64,000 nucleotides of DNA from Escherichia coli (GCF_030013595.1 NZ_CP122768.1); one strand, 5' to 3'; numbered from the stretch's first letter, positions 46,181 through 59,211 are shown. Numbers and translations are program-made. Notes: generated by a model from the sequence alone, not told the origin.

Positions 46181-46822
46181 ATGAAATCTTTACAGGCTCT
46201 GTTTGGCGGCACCTTTGATCCGGTGCACTATGGTCATCTTAAACCCGTGGAAACGCTGGCGAATTTGATTGGTCTGACGCGGGTCACAATCATCCCTAAT
46301 AATGTTCCTCCGCATCGTCCCCAGCCGGAAGCGAACAGCGTGCAGCGTAAACACATGCTTGAACTGGCGATTGCCGACAAGCCATTATTTACTCTTGATG
46401 AACGCGAGCTAAAGCGCAATGCCCCCTCTTACACTGCGCAAACACTGAAAGAGTGGCGGCAGGAACAAGGGCCGGACGTGCCGCTGGCGTTTATTATAGG
46501 TCAGGATTCACTGCTGACCTTTCCGACCTGGTACGAATACGAAACGATACTCGACAATGCACATTTGATCGTCTGTCGGCGTCCAGGTTACCCACTTGAA
46601 ATGGCGCAACCGCAATACCAGCAATGGCTGGAAGATCATTTGACACATAACCCGGAAGATCTTCACCTTCAGCCTGCCGGTAAAATTTATCTGGCTGAAA
46701 CGCCGTGGTTTAACATCTCGGCGACCATCATCCGCGAACGTTTGCAAAACGGTGAATCGTGTGAGGATTTATTGCCGGAACCGGTACTGACTTACATTAA
46801 CCAACAAGGCTTGTATCGCTGA
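46181..46822 (+). CDS. nadD: Nicotinate-nucleotide adenylyltransferase NadD (213 aa)
   Basis: Nucleotidyltransferase motif [11 protein letters not shown]. Confidence 0.95.
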
Positions 46823-46845
46823 TACCTGTCGTTACGGAGGGCATG

Positions 46846-47457
46846 ATGCGACTGTGGTTAATTCGTCATGGTGAAACGCAAGCGAATATCGATGGTCTTT
46901 ACAGCGGTCATGCGCCCACACCTCTGACCGCGCGCGGTATTGAGCAAGCGCAAAATCTGCATACGCTGCTACATGGTGTTTCCTTTGACCTGGTTTTATG
47001 CAGTGAACTGGAACGGGCACAGCATACCGCGCGACGGGTTCTCAGTGACCGCCAGCTCCCCGTGCAAATCATCCCTGAACTCAACGAAATGTTTTTTGGC
47101 GACTGGGAGATGCGACATCATCGCGACCTCATGCAAGAAGATGCCGAAAACTATAGCGCGTGGTGCAATGACTGGCAGCATGCTATCCCCACGAACGGTG
47201 AAGGATTTCAGGCATTTTCACAACGTGTGGAACGCTTTATCGCAAGGCTTAGTGAATTTCAGCACTATCAGAATATTTTAGTCGTCAGCCATCAGGGTGT
47301 ACTGAGTCTGTTAATCGCCCGTTTAATTGGTATGCCTGCCGAAGCTATGTGGCATTTTCGCGTTGACCAGGGGTGTTGGAGCGCCATTGATATCAACCAA
47401 AAATTCGCGACGCTACGCGTCCTCAATAGCCGTGCCATCGGGGTCGAGAATGCATGA
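46846..47457 (+). CDS. cobC: Histidine-phosphatase family protein CobC/PhpB (203 aa)
   Basis: ORF track 46843..47457; phosphoglycerate-mutase-like RHG motif (LIRHGET). Confidence 0.9.
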   Translation: MRLWLIRHGETQANIDGLYSGHAPTPLTARGIEQAQNLHTLLHGVSFDLVLCSELERAQHTARRVLSDRQLPVQIIPELNEMFFGDWEMRHHRDLMQEDAENYSAWCNDWQHAIPTNGEGFQAFSQRVERFIARLSEFQHYQNILVVSHQGVLSLLIARLIGMPAEAMWHFRVDQGCWSAIDINQKFATLRVLNSRAIGVENA

Positions 47458-47698
47458 CTTTGCTGTTTTTTTACGGGTAAGCCACAACGACCATTGACAG
47501 CCCCGGGCAGGCTGATATTCTCCGCAGCCAGACTTTTTTCGCCAGACACGACTTTGTAGAAATTGTTTTACAAAAATGGCGATGCAATCTGCGGCGCGGG
47601 GTGGGATGATAGCCCACTTTCGAAAGCCGATTCGGCGACAATTGTCCCGAAATCGCCTCTGGTTCAGGTATACTGACAGACCATTTTTATCTATTTGA

Positions 47699-48034
<336 letters not shown>

Positions 48035-48037
48035 TGC

Positions 48038-48505
48038 GTGAAGCTGCAACTTGTCGCCGTGGGAACGAAAATGCCGGACTGGGTACAAACCGGTTTTACC
48101 GAGTACCTGCGTCGTTTTCCGAAAGATATGCCCTTCGAGCTGATTGAAATTCCGGCCGGAAAACGCGGCAAGAATGCGGACATCAAGCGCATACTCGACA
48201 AAGAGGGTGAGCAGATGTTGGCGGCCGCAGGCAAAAACCGCATTGTCACCCTCGATATTCCAGGCAAGCCCTGGGATACGCCGCAGTTAGCCGCTGAGCT
48301 GGAACGCTGGAAACTGGATGGTCGCGACGTCAGTCTGCTGATTGGCGGGCCTGAAGGGTTGTCGCCTGCCTGTAAAGCGGCGGCGGAGCAGAGCTGGTCG
48401 CTGTCGGCGCTTACCCTTCCCCATCCGCTGGTTCGCGTGCTGGTCGCAGAGAGTCTGTACCGGGCGTGGAGCATCACCACCAACCATCCTTATCACCGTG
48501 AGTGA
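48038..48505 (+). CDS. rlmH: 23S rRNA m3-pseudouridine1915 methyltransferase RlmH (155 aa), GTG start
   Basis: ORF 48038..48505; SPOUT-family fold. Confidence 0.93.
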
Positions 48506-48535
48506 TAAGGGAGCTTTGAGTAGAAAACGCAGCGG

Positions 48536-50437
48536 ATGAAACTACAGAACTCTTTTCGCGACTATACGGCAGAGTCCGCGCTGTTTGTGCGCCGGGCGCT
48601 GGTCGCCTTTTTGGGGATTTTGCTGCTGACCGGCGTGCTTATCGCCAACCTGTATAATCTGCAAATTGTTCGCTTTACCGACTACCAGACCCGCTCTAAT
48701 GAAAACCGCATTAAGCTGGTGCCTATCGCGCCCAGCCGCGGCATTATCTACGACCGTAACGGTATCCCTCTGGCACTCAACCGCACTATCTACCAGATAG
48801 AGATGATGCCGGAGAAAGTCGATAACGTGCAGCAAACGCTGGACGCTTTGCGCAGCGTGGTTGATCTGACCGATGACGATATTGCTGCATTCCGAAAAGA
48901 GCGAGCACGTTCACACCGTTTCACCTCCATTCCGGTGAAAACTAACCTGACCGAAGTACAAGTGGCGCGCTTTGCCGTCAATCAGTACCGTTTTCCGGGT
49001 GTCGAAGTTAAAGGCTATAAGCGTCGTTACTATCCTTACGGTTCGGCGTTGACCCACGTCATCGGCTATGTGTCGAAAATCAACGATAAAGACGTCGAAC
49101 GCCTGAATAATGACGGCAAACTGGCCAACTATGCGGCAACGCATGATATAGGTAAGTTGGGCATTGAGCGTTACTATGAAGACGTGCTGCACGGTCAGAC
49201 AGGTTATGAAGAGGTTGAAGTTAACAACCGTGGGCGTGTTATCCGCCAGTTAAAAGAAGTCCCACCGCAAGCCGGACACGATATTTACCTGACGCTGGAT
49301 CTCAAACTCCAGCAATATATTGAAACGCTGCTGGCGGGTAGCCGCGCAGCGGTGGTAGTCACCGATCCGCGTACAGGTGGGGTGCTGGCGCTGGTTTCCA
49401 CGCCTAGTTATGACCCAAACCTATTTGTTGACGGTATCTCCAGCAAAGATTATTCCGCCTTGCTGAACGACCCGAATACACCGCTGGTGAACCGCGCCAC
49501 ACAGGGGGTTTATCCTCCCGCGTCTACAGTTAAACCCTATGTGGCGGTTTCGGCATTGAGCGCCGGAGTGATCACGCGCAATACGACGCTGTTTGACCCA
49601 GGCTGGTGGCAACTGCCAGGTTCGGAAAAACGTTATCGTGACTGGAAAAAATGGGGCCACGGGCGTCTGAATGTCACAAGATCGCTGGAAGAATCTGCGG
49701 ATACCTTCTTCTATCAGGTGGCCTACGATATGGGAATCGATCGCCTCTCCGAATGGATGGGTAAATTCGGTTATGGTCATTACACCGGTATCGACCTGGC
49801 GGAAGAACGTTCCGGCAACATGCCTACCCGCGAATGGAAACAGAAACGCTTTAAAAAACCGTGGTATCAGGGTGACACCATTCCGGTTGGTATCGGTCAG
49901 GGTTACTGGACAGCGACCCCAATCCAGATGAGTAAGGCACTGATGATCCTGATTAATGACGGTATCGTGAAGGTTCCGCATTTGCTGATGAGCACCGCCG
50001 AAGACGGCAAACAGGTGCCATGGGTACAACCGCATGAACCGCCCGTCGGCGATATTCATTCCGGTTACTGGGAGCTGGCAAAAGACGGTATGTACGGTGT
50101 TGCTAACCGCCCTAACGGTACGGCGCATAAATACTTTGCCAGCGCACCGTACAAAATTGCGGCGAAATCTGGTACAGCTCAGGTCTTCGGTCTGAAAGCG
50201 AACGAAACCTATAATGCGCACAAAATTGCCGAGCGTTTACGTGACCACAAACTGATGACCGCCTTTGCGCCATACAACAATCCGCAAGTCGCTGTCGCCA
50301 TGATTCTGGAGAACGGCGGTGCGGGTCCGGCGGTTGGTACGCTGATGCGCCAGATCCTCGACCACATTATGCTGGGTGATAACAACACCGATCTGCCTGC
50401 GGAAAATCCAGCGGTTGCCGCAGCGGAGGACCATTAA
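48536..50437 (+). CDS. mrdA: Penicillin-binding protein 2 (633 aa)
   Basis: Transpeptidase motifs STVK, SGT (KSGTA). Confidence 0.96.
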   Translation: MKLQNSFRDYTAESALFVRRALVAFLGILLLTGVLIANLYNLQIVRFTDYQTRSNENRIKLVPIAPSRGIIYDRNGIPLALNRTIYQIEMMPEKVDNVQQTLDALRSVVDLTDDDIAAFRKERARSHRFTSIPVKTNLTEVQVARFAVNQYRFPGVEVKGYKRRYYPYGSALTHVIGYVSKINDKDVERLNNDGKLANYAATHDIGKLGIERYYEDVLHGQTGYEEVEVNNRGRVIRQLKEVPPQAGHDIYLTLDLKLQQYIETLLAGSRAAVVVTDPRTGGVLALVSTPSYDPNLFVDGISSKDYSALLNDPNTPLVNRATQGVYPPASTVKPYVAVSALSAGVITRNTTLFDPGWWQLPGSEKRYRDWKKWGHGRLNVTRSLEESADTFFYQVAYDMGIDRLSEWMGKFGYGHYTGIDLAEERSGNMPTREWKQKRFKKPWYQGDTIPVGIGQGYWTATPIQMSKALMILINDGIVKVPHLLMSTAEDGKQVPWVQPHEPPVGDIHSGYWELAKDGMYGVANRPNGTAHKYFASAPYKIAAKSGTAQVFGLKANETYNAHKIAERLRDHKLMTAFAPYNNPQVAVAMILENGGAGPAVGTLMRQILDHIMLGDNNTDLPAENPAVAAAEDH

Positions 50438-50439
50438 TC

Positions 50440-51552
50440 ATGACGGATAATCCGAATAAAAAAACATTCTGGGATAAAGTCCATCTCGATCCCACAATGC
50501 TGCTGATCTTACTGGCATTGCTGGTTTACAGCGCCCTGGTTATCTGGAGCGCCAGCGGTCAGGATATTGGCATGATGGAGCGTAAAATCGGCCAAATCGC
50601 GATGGGTCTGGTCATCATGGTGGTGATGGCGCAAATTCCTCCACGCGTTTATGAAGGCTGGGCCCCCTATCTCTATATCATCTGTATTATTTTGCTGGTG
50701 GCGGTAGATGCTTTTGGTGCCATCTCTAAAGGCGCTCAACGCTGGCTGGACCTCGGTATCGTTCGCTTTCAGCCGTCGGAAATTGCCAAAATAGCCGTAC
50801 CACTGATGGTAGCGCGCTTTATCAACCGCGACGTTTGCCCGCCATCGTTGAAGAACACTGGCATCGCGCTGGTGCTGATATTTATGCCCACGCTGCTGGT
50901 GGCTGCACAGCCTGACCTGGGAACATCAATCCTCGTTGCGCTTTCCGGTCTGTTTGTACTGTTCCTCTCTGGCCTTAGCTGGCGTCTGATTGGCGTCGCA
51001 GTAGTGCTGGTAGCGGCGTTCATTCCGATTCTGTGGTTCTTCCTGATGCATGATTACCAGCGCCAGCGCGTAATGATGCTCCTGGACCCGGAATCAGACC
51101 CACTCGGCGCGGGCTATCACATTATTCAGTCTAAAATTGCTATTGGCTCCGGCGGATTACGCGGCAAAGGCTGGCTGCACGGCACTCAGTCACAACTTGA
51201 ATTTCTCCCCGAACGCCATACCGACTTTATCTTCGCGGTACTGGCGGAAGAGCTGGGATTAGTGGGCATTTTGATTCTGCTCGCTCTCTACATTCTGCTG
51301 ATCATGCGCGGGCTGTGGATAGCCGCCAGAGCGCAAACCACCTTTGGTCGCGTCATGGCTGGCGGCTTAATGCTGATATTATTCGTTTATGTCTTCGTAA
51401 ATATTGGTATGGTAAGCGGTATTCTGCCGGTTGTAGGGGTTCCGCTCCCACTGGTCAGTTATGGAGGATCAGCGCTAATTGTGCTGATGGCTGGGTTCGG
51501 GATTGTAATGTCAATCCACACCCACAGGAAAATGTTGTCGAAAAGCGTGTAA
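50440..51552 (+). CDS. mrdB: Peptidoglycan glycosyltransferase RodA (370 aa)
   Basis: SEDS-family polytopic membrane protein immediately after mrdA. Confidence 0.96.
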   Translation: MTDNPNKKTFWDKVHLDPTMLLILLALLVYSALVIWSASGQDIGMMERKIGQIAMGLVIMVVMAQIPPRVYEGWAPYLYIICIILLVAVDAFGAISKGAQRWLDLGIVRFQPSEIAKIAVPLMVARFINRDVCPPSLKNTGIALVLIFMPTLLVAAQPDLGTSILVALSGLFVLFLSGLSWRLIGVAVVLVAAFIPILWFFLMHDYQRQRVMMLLDPESDPLGAGYHIIQSKIAIGSGGLRGKGWLHGTQSQLEFLPERHTDFIFAVLAEELGLVGILILLALYILLIMRGLWIAARAQTTFGRVMAGGLMLILFVYVFVNIGMVSGILPVVGVPLPLVSYGGSALIVLMAGFGIVMSIHTHRKMLSKSV

Positions 51553-51562
51553 GAGGTGCGCA

Positions 51563-52651
51563 ATGCGTAAGCAGTGGCTCGGGATCTGCATCGCGGCAGG
51601 AATGCTCGCGGCATGTACAAGCGATGATGGTCAGCAACAGACGGTAAGTGTACCGCAGCCTGCGGTATGTAACGGCCCCATAGTTGAAATTAGCGGGGCG
51701 GACCCGCGTTTCGAACCACTGAACGCGACGGCAAATCAGGATTACCAGCGCGACGGTAAAAGCTACAAAATCGTGCAGGATCCGTCTCGATTTAGCCAGG
51801 CGGGACTGGCGGCAATCTATGATGCCGAACCCGGCAGTAACCTGACGGCCTCTGGCGAAGCTTTCGATCCGACACAGTTGACGGCGGCCCATCCAACGCT
51901 TCCGATCCCCAGCTACGCCAGAATCACTAACCTGGCTAACGGGCGAATGATCGTGGTGCGCATTAATGATCGCGGTCCTTACGGCAACGACCGCGTTATT
52001 TCGCTTTCTCGCGCGGCAGCTGACCGTCTTAACACGTCAAACAACACCAAAGTTCGTATCGATCCGATTATTGTCGCCCAGGATGGTTCGCTTTCTGGTC
52101 CTGGTATGGCTTGTACCACAGTTGCCAAACAGACTTACGCCCTGCCTGCACCTCCCGATTTAAGCGGTGGCGCGGGAACAAGTTCAGTGTCTGGCCCGCA
52201 GGGTGACATTCTTCCGGTCAGTAATTCGACGCTAAAAAGCGAAGATCCGACCGGCGCGCCGGTAATCAGCAGCGGTTTCCTCGGTGCACCAACGACGTTA
52301 GCGCCTGGTGTGCTGGAAGGCAGCGAACCAACACCTGCGCCACAGCCCGTTGTTACAGCCCCCTCGACAACGCCTGCAACCTCGCCTGCAATGGTGACAC
52401 CGCAAGCCGCCTCACAAAGCGCCAGCGGCAACTTTATGGTGCAAGTCGGGGCCGTTAGCGATCAGGCTCGTGCGCAACAGTACCAACAGCAACTGGGACA
52501 GAAGTTCGGCGTCCCCGGTCGCGTAACTCAAAATGGCGCAGTCTGGCGGATCCAGCTTGGCCCATTCGCCAGCAAAGCCGAAGCCAGTACCTTGCAGCAA
52601 CGTTTGCAAACCGAAGCCCAATTACAGTCATTTATTACCACCGCGCAGTAG
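51563..52651 (+). CDS. rlpA: Septal lytic transglycosylase / rare lipoprotein RlpA (362 aa)
   Basis: Lipobox LAAC; DPBB domain; C-terminal SPOR domain. Confidence 0.93.
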   Translation: MRKQWLGICIAAGMLAACTSDDGQQQTVSVPQPAVCNGPIVEISGADPRFEPLNATANQDYQRDGKSYKIVQDPSRFSQAGLAAIYDAEPGSNLTASGEAFDPTQLTAAHPTLPIPSYARITNLANGRMIVVRINDRGPYGNDRVISLSRAAADRLNTSNNTKVRIDPIIVAQDGSLSGPGMACTTVAKQTYALPAPPDLSGGAGTSSVSGPQGDILPVSNSTLKSEDPTGAPVISSGFLGAPTTLAPGVLEGSEPTPAPQPVVTAPSTTPATSPAMVTPQAASQSASGNFMVQVGAVSDQARAQQYQQQLGQKFGVPGRVTQNGAVWRIQLGPFASKAEASTLQQRLQTEAQLQSFITTAQ

Positions 52652-52790
52652 CGTAAAGCAGGCATCTGATGTGTCAATTTCTGTAAATGACGTTAACAAA
52701 GTCACGCGGAAAGTCAGATGCCTGCCGGTAGTGCATTTGCTATAGTAGGGCACTTTTTTTAATTCCATCACGGATGTCGTAGTTCAGACC

Positions 52791-54002
52791 ATGAATACCA
52801 TTTTTTCCGCTCGTATCATGAAGCGCCTGGCGCTCACCACGGCTCTTTGCACAGCCTTTATCTCTGCTGCACATGCCGATGACCTGAATATCAAAACTAT
52901 GATCCCGGGTGTACCGCAGATCGATGCGGAGTCCTACATCCTGATTGACTATAACTCCGGCAAAGTGCTCGCCGAACAGAACGCAGATGTCCGCCGCGAT
53001 CCTGCCAGCCTGACCAAAATGATGACCAGTTACGTTATCGGCCAGGCAATGAAAGCCGGTAAATTTAAAGAAACTGATTTAGTCACCATCGGTAACGACG
53101 CATGGGCTACCGGTAACCCGGTGTTTAAAGGCTCTTCGCTGATGTTCCTCAAACCGGGCATGCAGGTTCCGGTTTCTCAGCTGATCCGCGGTATTAACCT
53201 GCAATCGGGTAACGATGCTTGCGTCGCCATGGCCGATTTTGCCGCTGGTAGCCAGGACGCTTTTGTTGGCTTGATGAACAGCTACGTTAACGCACTGGGC
53301 CTGAAAAATACCCACTTCCAGACGGTACATGGTCTGGATGCTGATGGTCAGTACAGCTCCGCGCGAGATATGGCGCTGATCGGCCAGGCGTTGATCCGTG
53401 ACGTACCGAATGAATACTCGATCTATAAAGAAAAAGAATTTACGTTTAACGGTATTCGCCAGCTGAACCGTAACGGTCTGTTATGGGATAACAGCCTGAA
53501 TGTCGACGGCATCAAAACCGGACACACTGACAAAGCAGGTTACAACCTTGTTGCTTCTGCGACTGAAGGCCAGATGCGCTTGATCTCTGCGGTGATGGGC
53601 GGACGTACTTTTAAAGGCCGTGAAGCCGAAAGTAAAAAACTGCTGACCTGGGGCTTCCGTTTCTTCGAAACCGTTAACCCACTGAAAGTAGGTAAAGAGT
53701 TCGCCTCTGAACCGGTTTGGTTTGGTGATTCTGATCGCGCTTCGTTAGGTGTTGATAAAGACGTGTATCTGACCATTCCGCGTGGCCGCATGAAAGATCT
53801 GAAAGCCAGCTATGTGCTGAACAGCAGTGAATTGCATGCGCCGCTGCAAAAGAATCAGGTCGTCGGTACTATCAACTTCCAGCTTGATGGCAAAACGATC
53901 GAACAACGCCCGCTGGTTGTGCTGCAAGAAATCCCGGAAGGCAACTTCTTCGGCAAAATCATTGATTACATTAAATTAATGTTCCATCACTGGTTTGGTT
54001 AA
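52791..54002 (+). CDS. dacA: D-alanyl-D-alanine carboxypeptidase PBP5 (403 aa)
   Basis: Signal peptide; SxxK (SLTK), SGN, KTG motifs. Confidence 0.96.
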
Positions 54003-54054
54003 AAATCGAACACTTGAAAGTGTAATTTCCGTCCCCATATACTAAGCATCAGTA

Positions 54055-54088
54055 AAAAACTCCCGCCTTCTGGCGGGAGTTGCTATTT
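54055..54088 (+). terminator. Rho-independent terminator after dacA
   Basis: AACTCCCGCC-TTCT-GGCGGGAGTT hairpin followed by a T-rich tract. Confidence 0.7.
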
Positions 54089-54111
54089 AATTACGTTACG
54101 CCGGAGCTGAC

Positions 54112-54375
54112 ATGAAAACCAAACTTAACGAACTGCTTGAATTCCCTACTCCTTTTACTTACAAAGTTATGGGGCAGGCGTTACCTGAGCTGGTTGATCA
54201 GGTGGTTGAAGTGGTACAGCGCCATGCGCCAGGTGACTACACCCCAACGGTAAAACCAAGCAGCAAAGGCAACTACCACTCGGTATCTATCACTATCAAC
54301 GCTACTCATATCGAGCAGGTTGAAACACTGTATGAAGAACTGGGCAAAATCGATATTGTCCGCATGGTTCTGTAA
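54112..54375 (+). CDS. ybeD: UPF0250 protein YbeD (87 aa)
   Basis: ORF 54112..54375 in the conserved dacA-ybeD-lipB arrangement. Confidence 0.9.
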
Positions 54376-54475
54376 CTCGCTTCTCCGTTACCCGGCTCCT
54401 GGTCGGGTAACTCCCCTCTCCTCGCTGTGATATACTTTTCCCCCACTTTTACTCATTCTCCACGGAGATGCCGTT

Positions 54476-55117
54476 TTGTATCAGGATAAAATTCTTGTCC
54501 GCCAGCTCGGTCTTCAGCCTTACGAGCCAATTTCCCAGGCTATGCATGAATTCACCGATACCCGCGATGATAGTACCCTTGATGAAATCTGGCTGGTCGA
54601 GCACTATCCGGTATTCACCCAAGGGCAGGCAGGAAAAGCGGAGCACATTTTAATGCCGGGTGATATTCCGGTGATTCAGAGCGATCGCGGTGGGCAGGTG
54701 ACTTATCACGGGCCGGGGCAACAGGTGATGTATGTGTTGCTTAACCTGAAACGCCGTAAACTCGGTGTGCGTGAACTGGTGACCTTGCTTGAGCAAACAG
54801 TGGTGAATACCCTGGCTGAACTGGGTATAGAAGCGCATCCTCGGGCTGACGCGCCTGGTGTCTATGTCGGGGAAAAGAAAATTTGCTCACTGGGTTTACG
54901 TATTCGACGCGGTTGTTCATTCCACGGTCTGGCATTAAACGTCAATATGGATCTTTCACCATTTTTACGTATTAATCCTTGTGGGTATGCCGGAATGGAA
55001 ATGGCTAAAATATCACAATGGAAACCCGAAGCGACGACTAATAATATTGCACCACGTTTACTGGAAAATATTTTAGCGCTACTAAACAATCCTGACTTCG
55101 AATATATTACCGCTTAA
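54476..55117 (+). CDS. lipB: Octanoyltransferase LipB (213 aa), TTG start
   Basis: ORF 54476..55117 beginning TTG with ACGGAG upstream; active-site Cys in KKICSLGLR. Confidence 0.93.
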
Positions 55118-55376
55118 TTCCATACATCAATGGCCCAATTTACACTGGGTCATTACTCATAATACCTGCTAATGCTTTACATCTCCTTCGCGTTTGTATA
55201 TTTTCTTTATCACTTGCAGAAATGCGATGCTACGCCTTGCTCCGTAACTCACCCCATTGATTAACTTATTGAAATAGTTGATTATGGTGAGCAAAAGCGT
55301 TCCGTTCCAATTAGACATAAGATTATTGTAATTTTTTTAAATATTATTTTTCCATGAATAAAATTGGAGTAAGTGC

Positions 55377-56330
55377 GTGGATAGTAATAATCAAATTGAA
55401 ACCTGTTTAAGCAGAAAGTCGTCAGAAGGTAAACCACAAATATTTACAACCTTACGAAATATTGATCTTAACCTTCTGACTATTTTTGAAGCTGTATATG
55501 TACATAAAGGGATCGTTAATGCAGCGAAAGTGCTTAATCTGACACCCTCGGCAATCAGTCAGTCTATTCAGAAACTGCGCGTTATATTCCCTGACCCATT
55601 GTTTATTCGCAAAGGCCAGGGTGTCACTCCTACCGCATTTGCGATGCATCTACATGAGTATATCAGTCAGGGCCTTGAGTCCATTCTTGGCGCGCTGGAT
55701 ATCGAAGGAAGCTATGATAAGCAACGAACGATAACTATTGCGACCACCCCCTCGGTCGGAGCCCTGGTCCTTCCTGTCATCTATCGGGCGATTAAATCTC
55801 ACTATCCGCAGCTTTTACTGCGCAACCCGCCCATCAGCGACGCGGAAAACCAACTCAGTCAGTTTCAAACCGATCTCATCATCGATAACATGTTTTGCAC
55901 CAATCGTACGGTGCAACATCATGTTCTGTTCACCGACAATATGGTGTTAATTTGCCGTGAGGGAAATCCACTACTCTCTTTAGAAGATGACAGGGAGACT
56001 ATCGACAACGCTGCGCATATACTCCTGTTACCGGAAGGGCAAAATTTCAGCGGTCTGCGGCAGAGAGTTCAAGAGATGTTTCCGGACCGGCAAATCAGTT
56101 TCACCAGCTACAACATTTTGACAATCGCTGCACTGGTTGCCAACAGTGACATGTTAGCGATTATTCCCAGCCGTTTTTATAACCTGTTTAGCCGTTGCTG
56201 GCCGCTGGAAAAACTGCCTTTTCCGTCCTTAAATGAGGAGCAAATAGATTTCTCTATCCACTACAACAAATTCAGCCTGCGTGATCCCATCCTGCACGGG
56301 GTAATAGATGTTATCCGTAATGCATTTTGA
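55377..56330 (+). CDS. ybeF: LysR-family transcriptional regulator YbeF (317 aa), GTG start
   Basis: N-terminal LysR HTH (LNLLTIFEAVYVHKGIVNAAKVLNLTPSAISQSIQKLR). Confidence 0.88.
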   Translation: MDSNNQIETCLSRKSSEGKPQIFTTLRNIDLNLLTIFEAVYVHKGIVNAAKVLNLTPSAISQSIQKLRVIFPDPLFIRKGQGVTPTAFAMHLHEYISQGLESILGALDIEGSYDKQRTITIATTPSVGALVLPVIYRAIKSHYPQLLLRNPPISDAENQLSQFQTDLIIDNMFCTNRTVQHHVLFTDNMVLICREGNPLLSLEDDRETIDNAAHILLLPEGQNFSGLRQRVQEMFPDRQISFTSYNILTIAALVANSDMLAIIPSRFYNLFSRCWPLEKLPFPSLNEEQIDFSIHYNKFSLRDPILHGVIDVIRNAF

Positions 56331-56538
56331 AAAAGTATTGTTACAGCCAGATCACAGCGAAGAACGAAAAAATGGCACAATCCAACAACAATTTTACATT
56401 TTCGCGACCGCTTTGGCTGCTTTCAGGTCCGTTTCAATGATATACTGCCAGTCGTTAATTCAAAAATAGTTGATAATTACAACAATCTATTGAATTGAAA
56501 CGCTTTCCTTCGTAATTCGCAACTGGAACACGCACGCT

Positions 56539-57504
56539 ATGAGTAAACCCATTGTGATGGAACGCGGTGTTAAATACCGCGATGCCGATAAGATGGCCCT
56601 TATCCCGGTTAAAAACGTGGCAACAGAGCGCGAAGCCCTGCTGCGCAAGCCGGAATGGATGAAAATCAAGCTTCCAGCGGACTCTACACGTATCCAGGGC
56701 ATCAAAGCCGCAATGCGCAAAAATGGCCTGCATTCTGTCTGCGAGGAAGCCTCCTGCCCTAACCTGGCGGAATGCTTCAACCACGGCACAGCAACGTTTA
56801 TGATCCTCGGCGCTATTTGTACCCGCCGTTGTCCGTTCTGTGACGTTGCCCACGGTCGCCCGGTAGCTCCGGATGCCAATGAACCAGTGAAACTGGCGCA
56901 GACCATTGCCGATATGGCGCTGCGTTATGTGGTTATCACCTCCGTTGACCGTGATGACCTGCGCGATGGCGGTGCCCAACACTTTGCGGATTGCATTACT
57001 GCCATTCGGGAAAAAAGCCCGCAAATCAAAATTGAAACTCTGGTGCCGGATTTCCGCGGTCGTATGGATCGTGCTCTGGATATTCTGACCGCCACACCAC
57101 CAGATGTATTCAACCATAACCTGGAAAACGTACCGCGTATTTACCGTCAGGTACGGCCTGGTGCAGATTACAACTGGTCGCTGAAGCTGCTGGAACGCTT
57201 TAAAGAAGCGCATCCGGAAATCCCGACCAAGTCTGGTCTGATGGTGGGTCTGGGTGAAACCAATGAAGAAATTATTGAGGTAATGCGCGACCTGCGCCGT
57301 CATGGTGTGACGATGCTAACGCTGGGGCAATATTTGCAGCCAAGCCGCCATCACCTGCCGGTTCAACGTTACGTTAGCCCGGATGAGTTCGACGAAATGA
57401 AAGCCGAAGCGCTGGCGATGGGCTTTACCCATGCTGCATGCGGTCCGTTTGTCCGCTCGTCTTACCACGCCGATTTGCAGGCGAAAGGGATGGAAGTTAA
57501 GTAA
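56539..57504 (+). CDS. lipA: Lipoyl synthase LipA (321 aa)
   Basis: Radical-SAM CxxxCxxC (CTRRCPFC) plus N-terminal auxiliary cluster cysteines. Confidence 0.96.
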
Positions 57505-57533
57505 TCCTGTAATAATTACTTACATCTATCTGA

Positions 57534-57567
57534 TAAAAAACCCGCTTTTTGAAGCGGGTTTTTTTGT
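57534..57567. terminator. Bidirectional terminator between lipA and tatE
   Basis: AAAAACCCGCTT-TTTGA-AGCGGGTTTTTTT hairpin flanked by A-run and T-run. Confidence 0.8.
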
Positions 57568-57605
57568 ATCGAACAAGATATTGAGGGAGCGTCCTGCTCG
57601 CCACG

Positions 57606-57809
57606 TCACTCTTTATGAGAGAGCTTTTCAGCCTGAAGATCAACGTCTGCGCCTTTTTTCGCCGCAGCATCGTCATCATTCATCGCCTTCTTGAACCCTT
57701 TAATGGCCGCTCCAAGGTCTCCGCCCAGCGTACGTAACTTCTTAGTCCCAAACAGCAGAACGACCAGCGCCGCAACTACCAGCAGTTTGGTAATACTAAT
57801 CTCACCCAT
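57606..57809 (-). CDS. tatE: Twin-arginine translocase subunit TatE (67 aa)
   Basis: TatA/E family N-terminal TM helix plus amphipathic helix. Confidence 0.93.
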   Translation of the reverse strand: MGEISITKLLVVAALVVLLFGTKKLRTLGGDLGAAIKGFKKAMNDDDAAAKKGADVDLQAEKLSHKE

Positions 57810-57937
57810 AGATACCTTCTTGACATATAACCGGCAACAGAACGCGCCTTAAAAACCAGAGAATATTAACGGTCATTCGACGCGCGCACACAATAGCAAT
57901 CTGTAACAAGGTGAATCAAGCGCCGAGTAAAAAAACA

Positions 57938-58732
57938 TCATAATAATTGCGGCGGCGCAAAGCGACGGTTGTTTAAAACGGGAAGTTGCGCGCGCACCTG
58001 ACGCACACGTTCGGGCGTCACTTCCGCCATAATGAGTGCAGGCATTTCTGACGCTGCCGCAATGGTGACGCCAAAGGGATCTATAATCCGGCTTTGCCCG
58101 ATATTTTTGTTCCCGCACTCCCCCGCCGCCACCATATAACAGGTGGTATCCAGCGCACGAGCGGCAAGCAACGTTGACCAGTGATGCTCTTTGAGCGGCC
58201 CACGAACCCAGGCGGCAGGAAGTACCAGGATTTCAGCTCCCTGTAATGCCTGTGCCAGCGCCAGCTCTGGAAAGCGTAAGTCATAACAGGTCATCAGACC
58301 GACCTTCATCCCTTCCACCTCCAGTAACGGAGCTATTTCATTACCAGCATCAACATGGCGTGATTCCTGAATGGCAAATGCATCATAGAGATGCAGTTTG
58401 GCATAACGGGCGACGATGTTTCCTGCCTGTAGCGCCACCAGCATATTCCATGCGCGCCCCGGCGTTGAAGGAACATGAATCGTCAGAATTGTCGTCATCA
58501 TGTTACGTTTACTTTCTCGCCGTAAACGTCCGAGGAATTCGCCTTCCAGCAGCTGTGCTGATTTAACCGATAGATCTGCATCATGATCATCGCGCGCCAG
58601 CAATGCTTCCGGCAGGACAAACAGCGATACGTCGTTTTCCGCCGCCTGCGCCATCAACGAGGCACAAATCTCAGCGTTCTTTTCCCACACAGATGTAACA
58701 GCAAACTGTCCTGCGGCAACCAGCATTGCCAC
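57938..58732 (-). CDS. ybeM: C-N hydrolase (nitrilase-superfamily) protein, uninterrupted 264-aa ORF
   Basis: ORF 57938..58732; catalytic triad candidates E42 (LPE), K112 (YAKLHL), C149 (MTCYD). Confidence 0.8.
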   Translation of the reverse strand: MAMLVAAGQFAVTSVWEKNAEICASLMAQAAENDVSLFVLPEALLARDDHDADLSVKSAQLLEGEFLGRLRRESKRNMMTTILTIHVPSTPGRAWNMLVALQAGNIVARYAKLHLYDAFAIQESRHVDAGNEIAPLLEVEGMKVGLMTCYDLRFPELALAQALQGAEILVLPAAWVRGPLKEHHWSTLLAARALDTTCYMVAAGECGNKNIGQSRIIDPFGVTIAAASEMPALIMAEVTPERVRQVRAQLPVLNNRRFAPPQLL

Positions 58733-58821
58733 CTCCTCCTGTCAGAGTCGTAAAATTCGCCAACGGCGATTATTCGGCGTTACACTTATCACTCATACAA
58801 ATCAAATAGCAGGATTTTGCA

Positions 58822-59205
58822 GTGTTACAACTTCTTTTAGCAGTTTTTATTGGCGGTGGTACGGGAAGCGTGGCGAGATGGCTGTTAAGTATGCGATTTA
58901 ACCCGCTGCATCAAGCGATTCCGTTGGGGACGCTGGCTGCAAACCTGATTGGGGCATTCATCATAGGAATGGGATTCGCCTGGTTTAGCAGGATGACGAA
59001 CATTGATCCAGTGTGGAAAGTATTAATCACCACCGGATTTTGTGGCGGTCTAACAACCTTCTCAACATTTTCGGCAGAAGTGGTGTTTTTGTTACAAGAG
59101 GGCCGCTTTGGCTGGGCGTTACTGAACGTTTTCGTCAACCTTTTGGGGTCTTTTGCCATGACCGCACTGGCTTTCTGGCTGTTTTCCGCCTCAACCGCAC
59201 ACTAA
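58822..59205 (+). CDS. crcB: Fluoride channel CrcB/FluC (127 aa)
   Basis: Four-TM small membrane protein with GGxTTFSTF motif. Confidence 0.93.
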
Positions 59206-59211
59206 AGACCA

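Noticed and set aside
58733-58821. Fluoride riboswitch upstream of crcB
   Set aside because: No convincing match to the conserved fluoride-riboswitch core was seen by eye; to my knowledge E. coli crcB is not riboswitch-controlled. A covariance-model scan would settle it.
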